A DNA stretch of 64,000 nt from NCBI GenBank assembly GCA_046290465.1, contig JBKAGP010000001.1, positions 3,424,001 through 3,488,000 of the forward strand, read 5' to 3'. This document shows positions 1-9,838 of the stretch, one piece after another. The notes under the pieces are model-generated. The model was not told where the DNA came from and did not search any database. It saw nothing but the letters and a program-made list of their open reading frames with translations. Numbering within the stretch: position 1 is the first letter of the stretch; each line of letters begins with the position of its first letter. The position numbers and the translations under genes are program-made. The stretch comes from Planctomycetota bacterium. Its GTDB lineage: Bacteria > Planctomycetota > UBA1135 > UBA2386.

Positions 1-724
1 CCTTCCTCTTCGTGACCGCCTCTCCGAGGTCCTTCTCCGTTGACTCGAGCCCGCTACTTCGCTCCGTCACGGCCACCTTCAGTTCAGCGACACGTTGTCT
101 CGGTACTTCCTCGGGGTCGCTCCGCTTCTTCACTGCACCCACCACCTTCTCGAGGTGTGGGAGCAACGCGAGACCGTCTCGAATCGTCCGGTGGGCGTCT
201 TCTGCGTTCTCGACCTTCACCCTCATCTCGTTCGAGATGCTCTCCAGGTCCAACTCCTCGAGACCGCTCGCAGAAGCGCTGACAGCTCTTGTGGCTGTCG
301 ACAGCGCAGCTTGATGCGAGCCAAGCAGAAACTCCCGGTACTTCCGCAGCAACTCCACTGCCGCTTCCTCGAGCGGCTGGAGGCAGTACGCGCATGGTTC
401 TCCTTCCTGCGGGTAGTCGCCTGGCATCTCTGCTGCGACGTAGGCTTGCGCGGCTTCCACGAACGCCTTCCATGTCTCACTCTGGAAGCCGGGAATCGGG
501 AACGATGCGAGGCCCTCCTTGGTTGCCGTCGTGAGTGCTTCGCGCGCCTTGTCCATGTCTACAAGCTGCTCGCGAAACTTGGCTTCGTCGAAGGCGGCGA
601 ATGCGTCGAGGACGGCGCTGAGTCGACCAAGCAGAGCCATCTCACTCCGTACGACTTGCAGCCGGGCATCCGAACGCCCCGCACGAAGCGCACCCACCCG
701 GTCTTCAAGTGCGGTCTTCTTCTC
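1..724 (-). pseudogene. Fragment of an SMC/Rad50-like (AAA_13/RloC-like) coiled-coil protein with zinc hook; N-terminal ATPase half missing, runs off the left edge
   Basis: Not in the ORF track because it has no stop in the window. Manual translation: EKKTALEDRVGALR...M(640)ALLGRL...GFQSETWKAFVEAAQAY...YPQEGEPCAYCLQPLEEAAVELLRKYREF. In-frame TGA at 725-727; possible internal start at ATG 640 with GGAG upstream. Confidence 0.65.
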
Positions 725-1181
725 TCACGGCCTGAAGGACTCTCACCTCCAGGTCTGTCTCGGTCGTCCCGCATCCACGGGACCCGTGAGGTTATGGGAT
801 AGAATGAACGGATTGGACGTTGGTGTGTTGGTAATGCTCGGGTGGAGGACGACGTGTCCCCCGGAACCATCCCCGAGAGCGCGTAGACCTCCTTGTTCTG
901 TAGAACCAACCGAAACAACACGACCAAACGGTTTACTCGTTCAAGCCTCCCTCGCTCTGAGCAAGCGCCTCTCGACGCACTCAGCGCTACGAGCAAGCAG
1001 CAATGGCAGGTGGTGAGCCTGCCCCCTTAGCCTGGAAGCGTTCCAGGTTTACCGGGCGCTACTTCGCCAATTCGAGGCGACGCCAGACCGTGTTTCAGGC
1101 TCTGACGACCAAGTCTCTGCTATCCACAGAGACTCAGGCCGAGATTAGCACGCTGTTTCATCTTGAGCAAAACGGCGGCTG

Positions 1182-1919
1182 TTAGCCGAGCATACTGAGT
1201 AGCTTCGAGACAAGCCCACCGAGCACCGCGGAAAGCACAAGGTGCCACCACTGAAGGCGTGTCCCCGCCTCGCTCTGGCGCGTGCTCTGGCGTCTTCCTC
1301 GGAACGCGTCTCTGGCTGCGGAGTCGCGAACCTCGCGCACTTCCTTGCGAAGTTCAACGACCTGGCCGGTCTGCTCGACAACGACATCAGTGAGCTTCTC
1401 GAAGCGCTCATCTTGGTCTTCGTCTCGCGTTCGAACCGGAGGCATGACGAGCGCTGACGGCAGCGGTCTGAAGTAGGAAGGCTCTGCTCGCAGCGCATCG
1501 GTCGCCTTCCGAAGTCGGTCAAGGCCCGAAAGCTCGGGAAACACTGCTCGCGCGGAAGCAAGAGCCTCCATCCTCGCCTTCGCCTCCTGCGCCTGCTCGA
1601 GAATGCCCGCGCACATCGCAGTTGGTCCATCCGAAAGAGCATTCGCGACGCTGAGGGCAGGGCTGCTCGCGAGCGCACTTGCGGCTCGAGAGACCTCCGC
1701 CAACCGAAGGGGCTCGAGAGCACGCTGAGCGGCTGCGACCGAATCCAAGGTGCTCGACAACGCCCTCGACGGCCTGAGCAACCGCTCCATGGTCTGCCGC
1801 TCCCTCTCGATTCGCCGCAGAGTTTCAGACTGAACTCGCCTTCTTTCCTCCCGCTGCTCTTCTGTCAGCGAGCGCTCGTACTCTTCGCACCGCTTCGCGA
1901 TGTGGCTGAAGTCGACCAT
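1182..1919 (-). CDS. Hypothetical helical/coiled-coil protein with a single C-terminal transmembrane anchor (245 aa)
   Basis: Starts 6 bp after the YjzC-like gene; E/R-rich helical N-terminus; hydrophobic tail WWHLVLSAVLGGLVSKLLSMLG. Confidence 0.65.
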   Translation of the reverse strand: MVDFSHIAKRCEEYERSLTEEQREERRRVQSETLRRIERERQTMERLLRPSRALSSTLDSVAAAQRALEPLRLAEVSRAASALASSPALSVANALSDGPTAMCAGILEQAQEAKARMEALASARAVFPELSGLDRLRKATDALRAEPSYFRPLPSALVMPPVRTRDEDQDERFEKLTDVVVEQTGQVVELRKEVREVRDSAARDAFRGRRQSTRQSEAGTRLQWWHLVLSAVLGGLVSKLLSMLG

Positions 1920-1925
1920 CGCGCT

Positions 1926-2108
1926 TCAGCCTTGGCCCGACTTGTTCTTGGTTCGGTCCACGAGCGTGTAGGTGGCCTTGGGAGTGGTCGTTGGGGGAAG
2001 TGGCTCCCCCTTCACGACCGTCACTTCACGGCGCTTCCCGCCGCGTGGTCCGACTTCTTGGTACTGCCCTGAGTTTGGGGCCTTTTGACCTGGCTTCATC
2101 TTCGACAT
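1926..2108 (-). CDS. YjzC-like small protein (60 aa)
   Basis: KPGQKAPNSGQY.EVGPRGG...VKGEPLPPT motif; good RBS (AGGAAGGA). Confidence 0.8.
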   Translation of the reverse strand: MSKMKPGQKAPNSGQYQEVGPRGGKRREVTVVKGEPLPPTTTPKATYTLVDRTKNKSGQG

Positions 2109-2121
2109 CTCGAATTCCTTC

Positions 2122-4356
2122 CTAGGAGCGGGTTCTGACCGGGATTTTCACGACCGGCTGAAGCGGTCGAATCTGGGTTGGAAACGCGCGGACCACCTGG
2201 TCGTACAGGTCCTTCGCGTTCTTGCACGTGACGGAAATGATGAGCGCGTAGCGCACCTTGTCCGCCCTGTTCGTCGCCGCACTCTGTTCGCGGGCGTTGT
2301 AGTGAATGTCGAAGGTGGGCTCGAACAGCGAGCTACCTCGCTTGTTCTTGGACCTGTGAAGCGTCGTCTCCCACTTGTGGGCGTCGTGACGCAGCTCCTT
2401 CTCCGTTGAGAACTCCTTGAGCTGGAAGAAGGAGTCAGTGACAGGGTTGGTCGGGTCTTCGGACTTCGCTGAGAACTTCTCGGAGTGGGGTCGGAAGACG
2501 ATGCCAACGCCTGCCCTCGTGTAGCTCCCTGGGTGGTTTGAGTCGACTTTGGTTGCGTAGCAGAGGGTCGCAGTGATGCTGACCATCCCTGGAAGCTGCT
2601 CCGATGGAAGCGGCACTCTTGCGCGGAGGAACTGCCCCGCTGTTAGCTCGCCCTGATAGACGATTCGGGCTGTGCCATCGGGACAGACCACGAAGTCTTC
2701 CAGGTCGTTCGGGACACGTCCCCAGCCAGCCTCGTGCCGCTCCCCACCACCTTGCGAGCAGTGAACCAAGAGCGCCTTGATGGCGAGTGGGCCGAGCAAA
2801 GAACCGAAATGGGCTCGCAAGCCAGTGGCGAGACGGAGCGTTGCCGGAGACGCGAAGCTGGTTCCGGCTTCTGGTCGGACCTGCGGCTCTGGCTCTTCGT
2901 CGTCCAGGACCCAAAATGGCTCCCGCTCCGAGCCACCGAACGCAAGCAGGTCGGGCTTGACGACGCCTGGGCTTCGCCCCGGACCAACGGAGCTGTACAC
3001 GGCACGCCTCCACCCGTCCCCGCTGACGTCAGCTGAGCCGACCGACAGAGCGTTCACCGAGTCGGCTGGGACTTGGATGCGGTTGTAGTCAAGCGCTCGG
3101 TCACCACCGTTGCCGACGGCAACGGCGGCAAGAGTGTCGCCTTCACTAAGGAGCTCGTCGATGACAGCGGTCCAACCGTGGACGTCGTCATCCTCGATGG
3201 GCTCATCAGGCCCGATGCTGAAGTTCGCGAACGCGTACTGCTTGCCACTCAGCACCGTCTCGATTCGCCGGAGGACGTCGTACATGTCTACGTCCGGAAG
3301 CCCGTCTTGCTTCCCTGACTCCGCATCGAGGACGCGGTAGTGGTCAACTCGGGCGTACGGCCGCTCAGGGGGACGCCCGCTTGTGAGTGGCCCGAAGAGC
3401 AAGGCGGACGTGACGGCTGCTCCGTGGCGCAGGTAGACATCAACTGGCTCCCCAACGCTCGCGCCCTCGAGGCTCGTCACCCAGGTTTCGAGGTTTGAGC
3501 CCGAGCCGACTCCCCCATCGAAGACTGCTACGCGAAGACCTGGGTCAACCGCACCCTCGGTTGGGAGCTCAACTCGAAACGCCTTTGGCGCAGCCCAAGA
3601 CCGGACCACCGGCTGCAGCACCCTGATTCGAGGCATGGAGCGCGCCACACGCAGAAACGAAAAGCGCGCAAGCTCCTCGAGGCGTGAGGCGTCTGCTCGC
3701 ACCGGCAGGAAGCAAAGCCCGCTGGCTCGAAACACGCGCCGAAGGTCGGCTTCTGCGCCGAGCGAGTCCGCGTAGCGAGCGAAGCTGCGAAGGACATCAC
3801 CCGTCGATGCGTGAAGAGCCACCTCGAGGAGCGGCCGCTGCTCATATCCTGTGATTCCCTTCAACTTGGCATGCGCTGGAAACGAGGCCACCGACTCCAA
3901 CTTGGTCAGGTCTGCGGCACCCTTTCGGTCGTCGGCCCACCCACTGAGCTCCGTCGACCAGGCTCGGAACGCGTCGCGCGGACCAGCGACGAACAGCTCG
4001 GTTGAGGGTTCGGCGCCTTCGCGCACCTTCTTGCGAGTGGTCTTTTCCGGCTTGACCGAAACGGGACGACTCCCAACCGCCGTCAGCTCGAGTTCCTGCA
4101 AGAGCACACCAGGGAAGTAGCTCTTCGCCAGAAACTCAGGGTGGAGCGTTAGGACAGCTACCGCTTCGTCGTTTGGGCAAGCCTCATCGGGAATGGAGTC
4201 CAACTCTTCAACCGCCTTGGCCACCATCGGGACAAGTCGGGAGCGCGCCGCCGAGACGGTATACGGGTCCGTCTTGTTCATCTCGCGCTTCGGCGGCGGT
4301 ACAGGCTCCGTGAGCCGCTCACCGAAACCGAGAAGGAACTTCGGGTCATCCGCCAT
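2122..4356 (-). CDS. ietS: S8 subtilisin-like serine protease of the IetS/Y4bN type (744 aa)
   Basis: Triad motifs AVFDGG, HGAAVTS, GTSFASP; oxyanion AVGNG; GPGRSPGVVKPD; no signal peptide; 3 bp from the AAA gene. Confidence 0.9.
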   Translation of the reverse strand: MADDPKFLLGFGERLTEPVPPPKREMNKTDPYTVSAARSRLVPMVAKAVEELDSIPDEACPNDEAVAVLTLHPEFLAKSYFPGVLLQELELTAVGSRPVSVKPEKTTRKKVREGAEPSTELFVAGPRDAFRAWSTELSGWADDRKGAADLTKLESVASFPAHAKLKGITGYEQRPLLEVALHASTGDVLRSFARYADSLGAEADLRRVFRASGLCFLPVRADASRLEELARFSFLRVARSMPRIRVLQPVVRSWAAPKAFRVELPTEGAVDPGLRVAVFDGGVGSGSNLETWVTSLEGASVGEPVDVYLRHGAAVTSALLFGPLTSGRPPERPYARVDHYRVLDAESGKQDGLPDVDMYDVLRRIETVLSGKQYAFANFSIGPDEPIEDDDVHGWTAVIDELLSEGDTLAAVAVGNGGDRALDYNRIQVPADSVNALSVGSADVSGDGWRRAVYSSVGPGRSPGVVKPDLLAFGGSEREPFWVLDDEEPEPQVRPEAGTSFASPATLRLATGLRAHFGSLLGPLAIKALLVHCSQGGGERHEAGWGRVPNDLEDFVVCPDGTARIVYQGELTAGQFLRARVPLPSEQLPGMVSITATLCYATKVDSNHPGSYTRAGVGIVFRPHSEKFSAKSEDPTNPVTDSFFQLKEFSTEKELRHDAHKWETTLHRSKNKRGSSLFEPTFDIHYNAREQSAATNRADKVRYALIISVTCKNAKDLYDQVVRAFPTQIRPLQPVVKIPVRTRS

Positions 4357-4359
4357 GGG

Positions 4360-5478
4360 TTACTCCGCCTCCTCCTGAGCCATCTTTCGGATGGTGTCTC
4401 GGCTGATTCCCGTCAGCTCGTACGCGCGACGTTGGGACAGCGCACCGCTTGAGACGAGGTCTTTAGCGACCGCCGCTCGGTCGTCCCACTCCATCTCGCC
4501 AAGCCGTGAACGAAGCAGCCGCTCGAACGGCTCCTCTGGAGAGCCGCCCAACACGGCCGACCTGCGGGCCCGAAGAACGTCACGGTGGATGTCGCTGAAC
4601 GACATGCCTCGAAGCGCGACCGCGAGCACGCCAGCCCAGTGAGCCGAGCCCCCACTCGACGCCTCGTCCAGGAACCGCCTTACGGCAGCATCCACTGCCT
4701 GCTCGTCTGGCAACGGAAACTCCACCACCATCTCGAACCGCCGCCAGATGGCTGGGTCGAGGAGGTTCGGATGGTTGGTCGCCGCGACGAGAAGCCCGTT
4801 CGGCGGCCAGTCGTCCACCTCCTGAAGAAGGACTGTGACGAGGCGTTTCAACTCTCCGACCTCCGAGTCGTCGTCCCTACGCTTGGCGATGGCGTCCAGC
4901 TCGTCCAGGAGGAGCACACACTCCATGCCCTTGGCGTAGTCGAGAACGAACCGAAGGTTGTTTCCGGTCCTTCCAAGGAAACTGCTCATGACCGCCGAGA
5001 GGTCCAGCGTTAGCAGAGGAAGTCCAAGCTCCCGGGCGAGCCAACGGGCCCCAAGGGTCTTGCCGACCCCCGGAGGGCCTGTGAACAGCGCACTCTTGCT
5101 CGGACTGAGCCCTTCCCGCTCCAGGGCCTCACGCGCTTCACGCTCCGCAACGAGTTGCCTGAGCGAAGCCTCGACGCTCGGCGGATAGACCGGCTCGACA
5201 TCGAGCGCTACGGACGCCTCCACGCGAACCAGCTGCTGTCGGGAGTCTAGGTCGACCGGGACTTCGCTAACTGCGGCCTTTCGAAGCGGCGAAGAGCGCG
5301 TTGGCACTTCTCGAAGAAGCTGGAGAAGCTGCTCGGAAAGACCGGGCATCTCCTCCTTGAGCTTCTTGGCCATGCGACGAACGTGCAGCTGCACGTCCTG
5401 TGGACGAGCAGTGAGCGCCAGCTGCGCGAGATGGCCTACCAGAGCTTCGAGTTTCTTGGCGTCGTCCACGTCGGTCAC
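4360..5478 (-). CDS. ietA: AAA+ ATPase of the IetA type with C-terminal HTH (372 aa)
   Basis: Walker A GPPGVGKT, Walker B LLLDELD, ATNHP...AIWRRF; C-terminal LSQRRAYELTGISRDTIRKM; directly upstream of the S8 protease. Confidence 0.9.
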   Translation of the reverse strand: MTDVDDAKKLEALVGHLAQLALTARPQDVQLHVRRMAKKLKEEMPGLSEQLLQLLREVPTRSSPLRKAAVSEVPVDLDSRQQLVRVEASVALDVEPVYPPSVEASLRQLVAEREAREALEREGLSPSKSALFTGPPGVGKTLGARWLARELGLPLLTLDLSAVMSSFLGRTGNNLRFVLDYAKGMECVLLLDELDAIAKRRDDDSEVGELKRLVTVLLQEVDDWPPNGLLVAATNHPNLLDPAIWRRFEMVVEFPLPDEQAVDAAVRRFLDEASSGGSAHWAGVLAVALRGMSFSDIHRDVLRARRSAVLGGSPEEPFERLLRSRLGEMEWDDRAAVAKDLVSSGALSQRRAYELTGISRDTIRKMAQEEAE

Positions 5479-5731
5479 AAGGGTCCTCCAGAGCTCCTCC
5501 CAGACTACATCGGCGTGGACGACCTGTCAAGCCGCCACAAGCCGTCTCGTCCACCTGGCCCCAGAGCACCCCTGAACGACATCCAAGGCCCTGCCGCGGC
5601 AGACGAACGTGAGGGCACCCAGCACTACTGCGCCCACCGCCTCGCCCGAGCGTCGCCACCCCGACTCCGGGGCGGGTCATCCAAGGAGTGAAACGACATC
5701 CCTACCCCCATAGGGCCGAGCAGATGGGTAA

Positions 5732-5740
5732 TTATCCACA
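5732..5740 (+). promoter_or_regulatory. DnaA box
   Basis: Perfect TTATCCACA next to the AT-rich tract and iterons. Confidence 0.8.
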
Positions 5741-5828
5741 GCCCAAGGCCCCGTTTAGATGTGTTTACACAGCTTAGATAAGTTTAGGCGCTGCAAGCCC
5801 TTGGCATCACAAGCGAATCGGGGGATTC

Positions 5829-5979
5829 GGTGGCGTGATAGACGCGTCCGGGTGGCGTGATAGACGCGGAGCGGTGGTGCGATAGACGCGCCCGGGTGGT
5901 GCGATAGACGCGCACGCGACCGAAGTTATCCACAGGCACGTGCCGCCACAGGGCCTTGAGCGGTGGCGCGATAGACGCG
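5829..5979 (+). repeat. Five 18-bp iterons, consensus GGTGGYGYGATAGACGCG
   Basis: Copies at 5829, 5851, 5873 and 5895 (exact 22-bp period) plus one at 5962. Confidence 0.92.
5926..5934 (+). promoter_or_regulatory. DnaA box
   Basis: Perfect TTATCCACA between iterons 4 and 5. Confidence 0.8.
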
Positions 5980-7069
<1,090 letters not shown>

Positions 7070-7119
7070 GCGCTTTCCCCTATTGACGCTTTCAAATCGG
7101 CCGTGAGAGATTGCACTCA

Positions 7120-7851
7120 ATGAATGCATCATACTCACCTCTCACAATATCGGTTATTGCTCGTAAAGGCGGTGTTGGCAAGAGTATGTGCACCACGCTG
7201 TTCGCCCGCGCGTACGCCAACTCGGGTCTCCGAGTTCTTGTTGTCGACCTTGCCCCTCAGGCAACGACTACGAAGGCACTTCTCACCCGAGAGCAGGTCA
7301 GAGAGCTGGACATCGAGGAATCCTCAAGCGCCTTCGCGGCGGGTGAGAGTCTGCTCCCCTACCTCACCAAGTCGCCCCAGCGCGGACTGCGTGTTGCACC
7401 GTCTGGTGAGCCGCTTGAGCTCGCGAGCGATAGGCTTCGACTCGACGCTCTCGCACTTTCGAACGTGCAGGAGTCGCTCTCGACTCTCGCTGACGCGCAG
7501 GCGGACCTGGTCATCATCGACACTCCGCCGGACTACGGCACCTTGACGCTTGGCGCTCTTTCGTTCGCTCGCTGGGCTGTGGTTGTGAGCGAGTGTAAGC
7601 GCGAGAGCGTGCAGGAGGTGCCTCAAGCACTCAAGACGATTGCCAGGCTGAAATCGCTCAACCCGTCGCTTTCGCTTCTTGGCATTGTGGCGAACAAGCT
7701 TGACCGCCGACGAAGCGAAGTCAACAAGGCCATGAAGCCTGTGCCGAGCGTTGACTTCAGAGCTCATGGTCTCCCCGCAGTGGTCGAGGTCGCCGAAGAG
7801 CTCCTTCGGCGCCACTCAGCAGCTACTCGGAAAATGGCGCACGCTGGATAG
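7120..7851 (+). CDS. parA: ParA/Soj-family partition ATPase
   Basis: Deviant Walker A RKGGVGKS, VLVVDLAPQ, VIIDTPP, GIVANK; divergent from repA. Confidence 0.9.
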   Translation: MNASYSPLTISVIARKGGVGKSMCTTLFARAYANSGLRVLVVDLAPQATTTKALLTREQVRELDIEESSSAFAAGESLLPYLTKSPQRGLRVAPSGEPLELASDRLRLDALALSNVQESLSTLADAQADLVIIDTPPDYGTLTLGALSFARWAVVVSECKRESVQEVPQALKTIARLKSLNPSLSLLGIVANKLDRRRSEVNKAMKPVPSVDFRAHGLPAVVEVAEELLRRHSAATRKMAHAG

Positions 7852-7890
7852 AGCCAAGGCTTGTGACTCACCCAGCTGGGGAGCCTCATG

Positions 7891-7980
7891 CGTTGACTTC
7901 ATTCTAGTCATTGCAGTCATTGCCCTCTCGCTATTCAACCTAGGCAGGGAGGTCATCGACTGCATTGCATTCAGAGGAGG
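7891..7980. repeat. Array of ten degenerate 9-bp units (putative centromere/operator)
   Basis: cgttgactt cattctagt cattgcagt cattgccct ctcgctatt caacctagg cagggaggt catcgactg cattgcatt cagaggagg. Confidence 0.6.
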
Positions 7981-7987
7981 AAAATCT

Positions 7988-8401
7988 ATGGCTGAGCCAA
8001 AGCGAAGAATCAGGACACAAGTCGACGAGTCTACACTGAGCGACCTGCGAGCGAGCTTGGCGGGTGTTGGTGCTCCGAGCAGGCCGGAAGAGGGCGAGCC
8101 ACGAGACGCCGCTGAGACTGCCGTTCTTGAGCCCCCCTCCCGAGAGTACTCGTTCAGTTCGAATCGTCGCCCTACGCGGCGCACAGCGCCCCAGAGCGCC
8201 AAGCGCACGTCAGTCTCAGTCTCGGTTGGAACACACGAGCTTGCCAAACGGCTCACTCGCGCCCGGATGCTCGCTCTCGCGGAGGAGCAGACCGTTGGAA
8301 GCACATACCTCGAGGGCCTGAGGCTGCTCGAAGAGCGACTCCTCGAGGAGGGCATCGAGATTCCGGAGAGCAGCACGCGACTCAAGCCCGGCCCGCGCTG
8401 A
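7988..8401 (+). CDS. Small putative ribbon-helix-helix centromere-binding protein (ParG-like, 137 aa)
   Basis: Strong RBS GAGGAGG; follows parA; disordered N-terminus then KRTSVSVSVGTHELAKRL (strand-helix pattern). Confidence 0.6.
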   Translation: MAEPKRRIRTQVDESTLSDLRASLAGVGAPSRPEEGEPRDAAETAVLEPPSREYSFSSNRRPTRRTAPQSAKRTSVSVSVGTHELAKRLTRARMLALAEEQTVGSTYLEGLRLLEERLLEEGIEIPESSTRLKPGPR

Positions 8402-8409
8402 AACGCCTA

Positions 8410-8472
8410 CATTGACTGCAATGCCTTGGTTGCATGCAGCCTAGGCAACCCAGTCAACCCAGGCATCGACTG
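8410..8472. repeat. Array of seven degenerate 9-bp units (putative centromere)
   Basis: cattgactg caatgcctt ggttgcatg cagcctagg caacccagt caacccagg catcgactg; shares units with the 7891 array. Confidence 0.6.
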
Positions 8473-8477
8473 GCGCA

Positions 8478-9653
8478 TCACCCCGTCTCTCGCGCAACGC
8501 GCGCAGCCAGCTCTCGGTCACGCTCCGCGTAGACCTGAGTCACGTCGGCACTGGCATGACCCAGCGCGACCTGTGCAGCTTCCAGTCCAAAACGCCGCCT
8601 GACCTCCGTAGCTCTGGAATGCCGGAGTTGGTTGGGAGACCAGCGCTCGACTCCAGCCCGGTCGCATGCGCGGTGGATGGCGCGGCGGTAAGAGTGAGTC
8701 GAGTAGCAGGGCTCAACGGCGCTGGTTGCACGTGGCCAGGGAGGGGCGCTCGCGTCAGCGCCTTCGCGACGCTCTCTCAGAGCGTCCCCTGGTGAGAACA
8801 GGAGCGCGTCCGGGTGCCTTGCGAGCCGAGGCTGCAAGATGGCCTGAGCTCTTGGGCCGAGCAACCGTTCACAGGAGAGACCGTGGTGCTCGGTCTTGTG
8901 GCGCTCGGGTCGGTAGACCCAGATGTCTTCGGTTCGGTCGATGTCTCGAGCGGTGATGGAGCACACTTCGCCGGGTCGCATGCCGGTCAGCCACTGAAGC
9001 TCGACCATCGCAGCCACGACGTTGCTCAGAAAGGGGAGGGTGGCTCGCATGACACTCTCTGGGACTGGCTGGACCTTGGCGTTTTCGGCGACCTGCGAGG
9101 ACTCTCCTCTTCTGAGGCCGGGCACGGAAGCGAGTGCCTGCCAGACGGAGCCCGAAACGAGCTCCATCGATGCACCCCAGCGAAACACGCGAACGACACG
9201 ACGCACCCGACCGTTGACGGTGGTTCGCGAGAGGGACCTGCCGTTTACACGCGAGCGCTCGACCATGAGCGTTCGAAAGGCCTGCAGGCGCCTAGGTCCG
9301 AACTCCTCGGCGCGAAGCGAACCGAAGCCCTCGCTCAGTGGACGAAGCGAATCGCGAATCCACCCGCGCTCAGAGGTCTCCTGGCCGCGCTTCATGTAGC
9401 GCCCCTCGGTCTCGAGGTAGGTCCAGTAGGCGGCGACGAGTTCGTCCACCGTTGGGCCCCGAGCCCCGTCGTCCATCTGGCCGCGCTCGGCCCCGATGGT
9501 GAGGTGGTCGGCGATGAGCGCCGAGTAGCGCTCCCGACTCTCCTCGGTGCCGTGCTTTCCGAGGTAGATGTCCTTGCCGTTCAGACGAACGACGGCGTTG
9601 CCGGATGGCTTGTGAAGACGGTAGCTCGGGACGAGCGAACGCTTGCGAGGCAT
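8478..9653 (-). CDS. Tyrosine recombinase/integrase (391 aa)
   Basis: TGMRPGE, HKT, PNQLRH, LGHA, TQVYAE; N-terminus MPRKRSLVPSYRLHKPSG; adjacent to tRNA. The longer ORF start would overlap the tRNA. Confidence 0.93.
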   Translation of the reverse strand: MPRKRSLVPSYRLHKPSGNAVVRLNGKDIYLGKHGTEESRERYSALIADHLTIGAERGQMDDGARGPTVDELVAAYWTYLETEGRYMKRGQETSERGWIRDSLRPLSEGFGSLRAEEFGPRRLQAFRTLMVERSRVNGRSLSRTTVNGRVRRVVRVFRWGASMELVSGSVWQALASVPGLRRGESSQVAENAKVQPVPESVMRATLPFLSNVVAAMVELQWLTGMRPGEVCSITARDIDRTEDIWVYRPERHKTEHHGLSCERLLGPRAQAILQPRLARHPDALLFSPGDALRERREGADASAPPWPRATSAVEPCYSTHSYRRAIHRACDRAGVERWSPNQLRHSRATEVRRRFGLEAAQVALGHASADVTQVYAERDRELAARVARETG

Positions 9654-9761
9654 GAGCAGCTCACGGGTTAAGTGGTAAATTACCACCGTTCCCGGCTGCT
9701 CTGCCGCGGGGGCAGGTGCACGCAGGTCTACGCAACCTGCATCTTCAGCCGTAGTTATGAA

Positions 9762-9838
9762 TGGTCGGAGCGAGAGGATTTGAACCTCCGACCCCCTGCA
9801 CCCCATGCAGGTGCGCTACCAGGCTGCGCCACGCTCCG
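9762..9838 (-). tRNA. tRNA-Pro (anticodon GGG), CCA encoded
   Basis: CGGAGCGTGGCGCAGCCTGGTAGCGCACCTGCATGGGGTGCAGGGGGTCGGAGGTTCAAATCCTCTCGCTCCGACCA; anticodon stem CCTGC/GCAGG, T-loop TTCAAAT. Confidence 0.97.

Larger units (their letters stand above)
5732..5979. other. Putative iteron-type replication origin (oriV)
   Basis: Two perfect DnaA boxes, an AT-rich tract at ~5754-5787 and five iterons, immediately 3' of repA. Confidence 0.8.

Noticed and set aside
95..802. 235-aa plus-strand ORF
   Set aside because: In-frame antisense shadow of the minus-strand zinc-hook gene fragment
5829..5979. Direct repeats as a CRISPR array
   Set aside because: 18-bp units with 4-bp gaps, no spacers and no cas genes; DnaA boxes and repA indicate iterons
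8580..8660. Integrase inactive because HxxR reads NQLR
   Set aside because: Substitution of this His is tolerated in many tyrosine recombinases; R, K, R, H and Y are all present
9654..9806. 442-aa integrase start from the ORF track
   Set aside because: The extension overlaps the tRNA; the family-like N-terminus begins at ATG 9653
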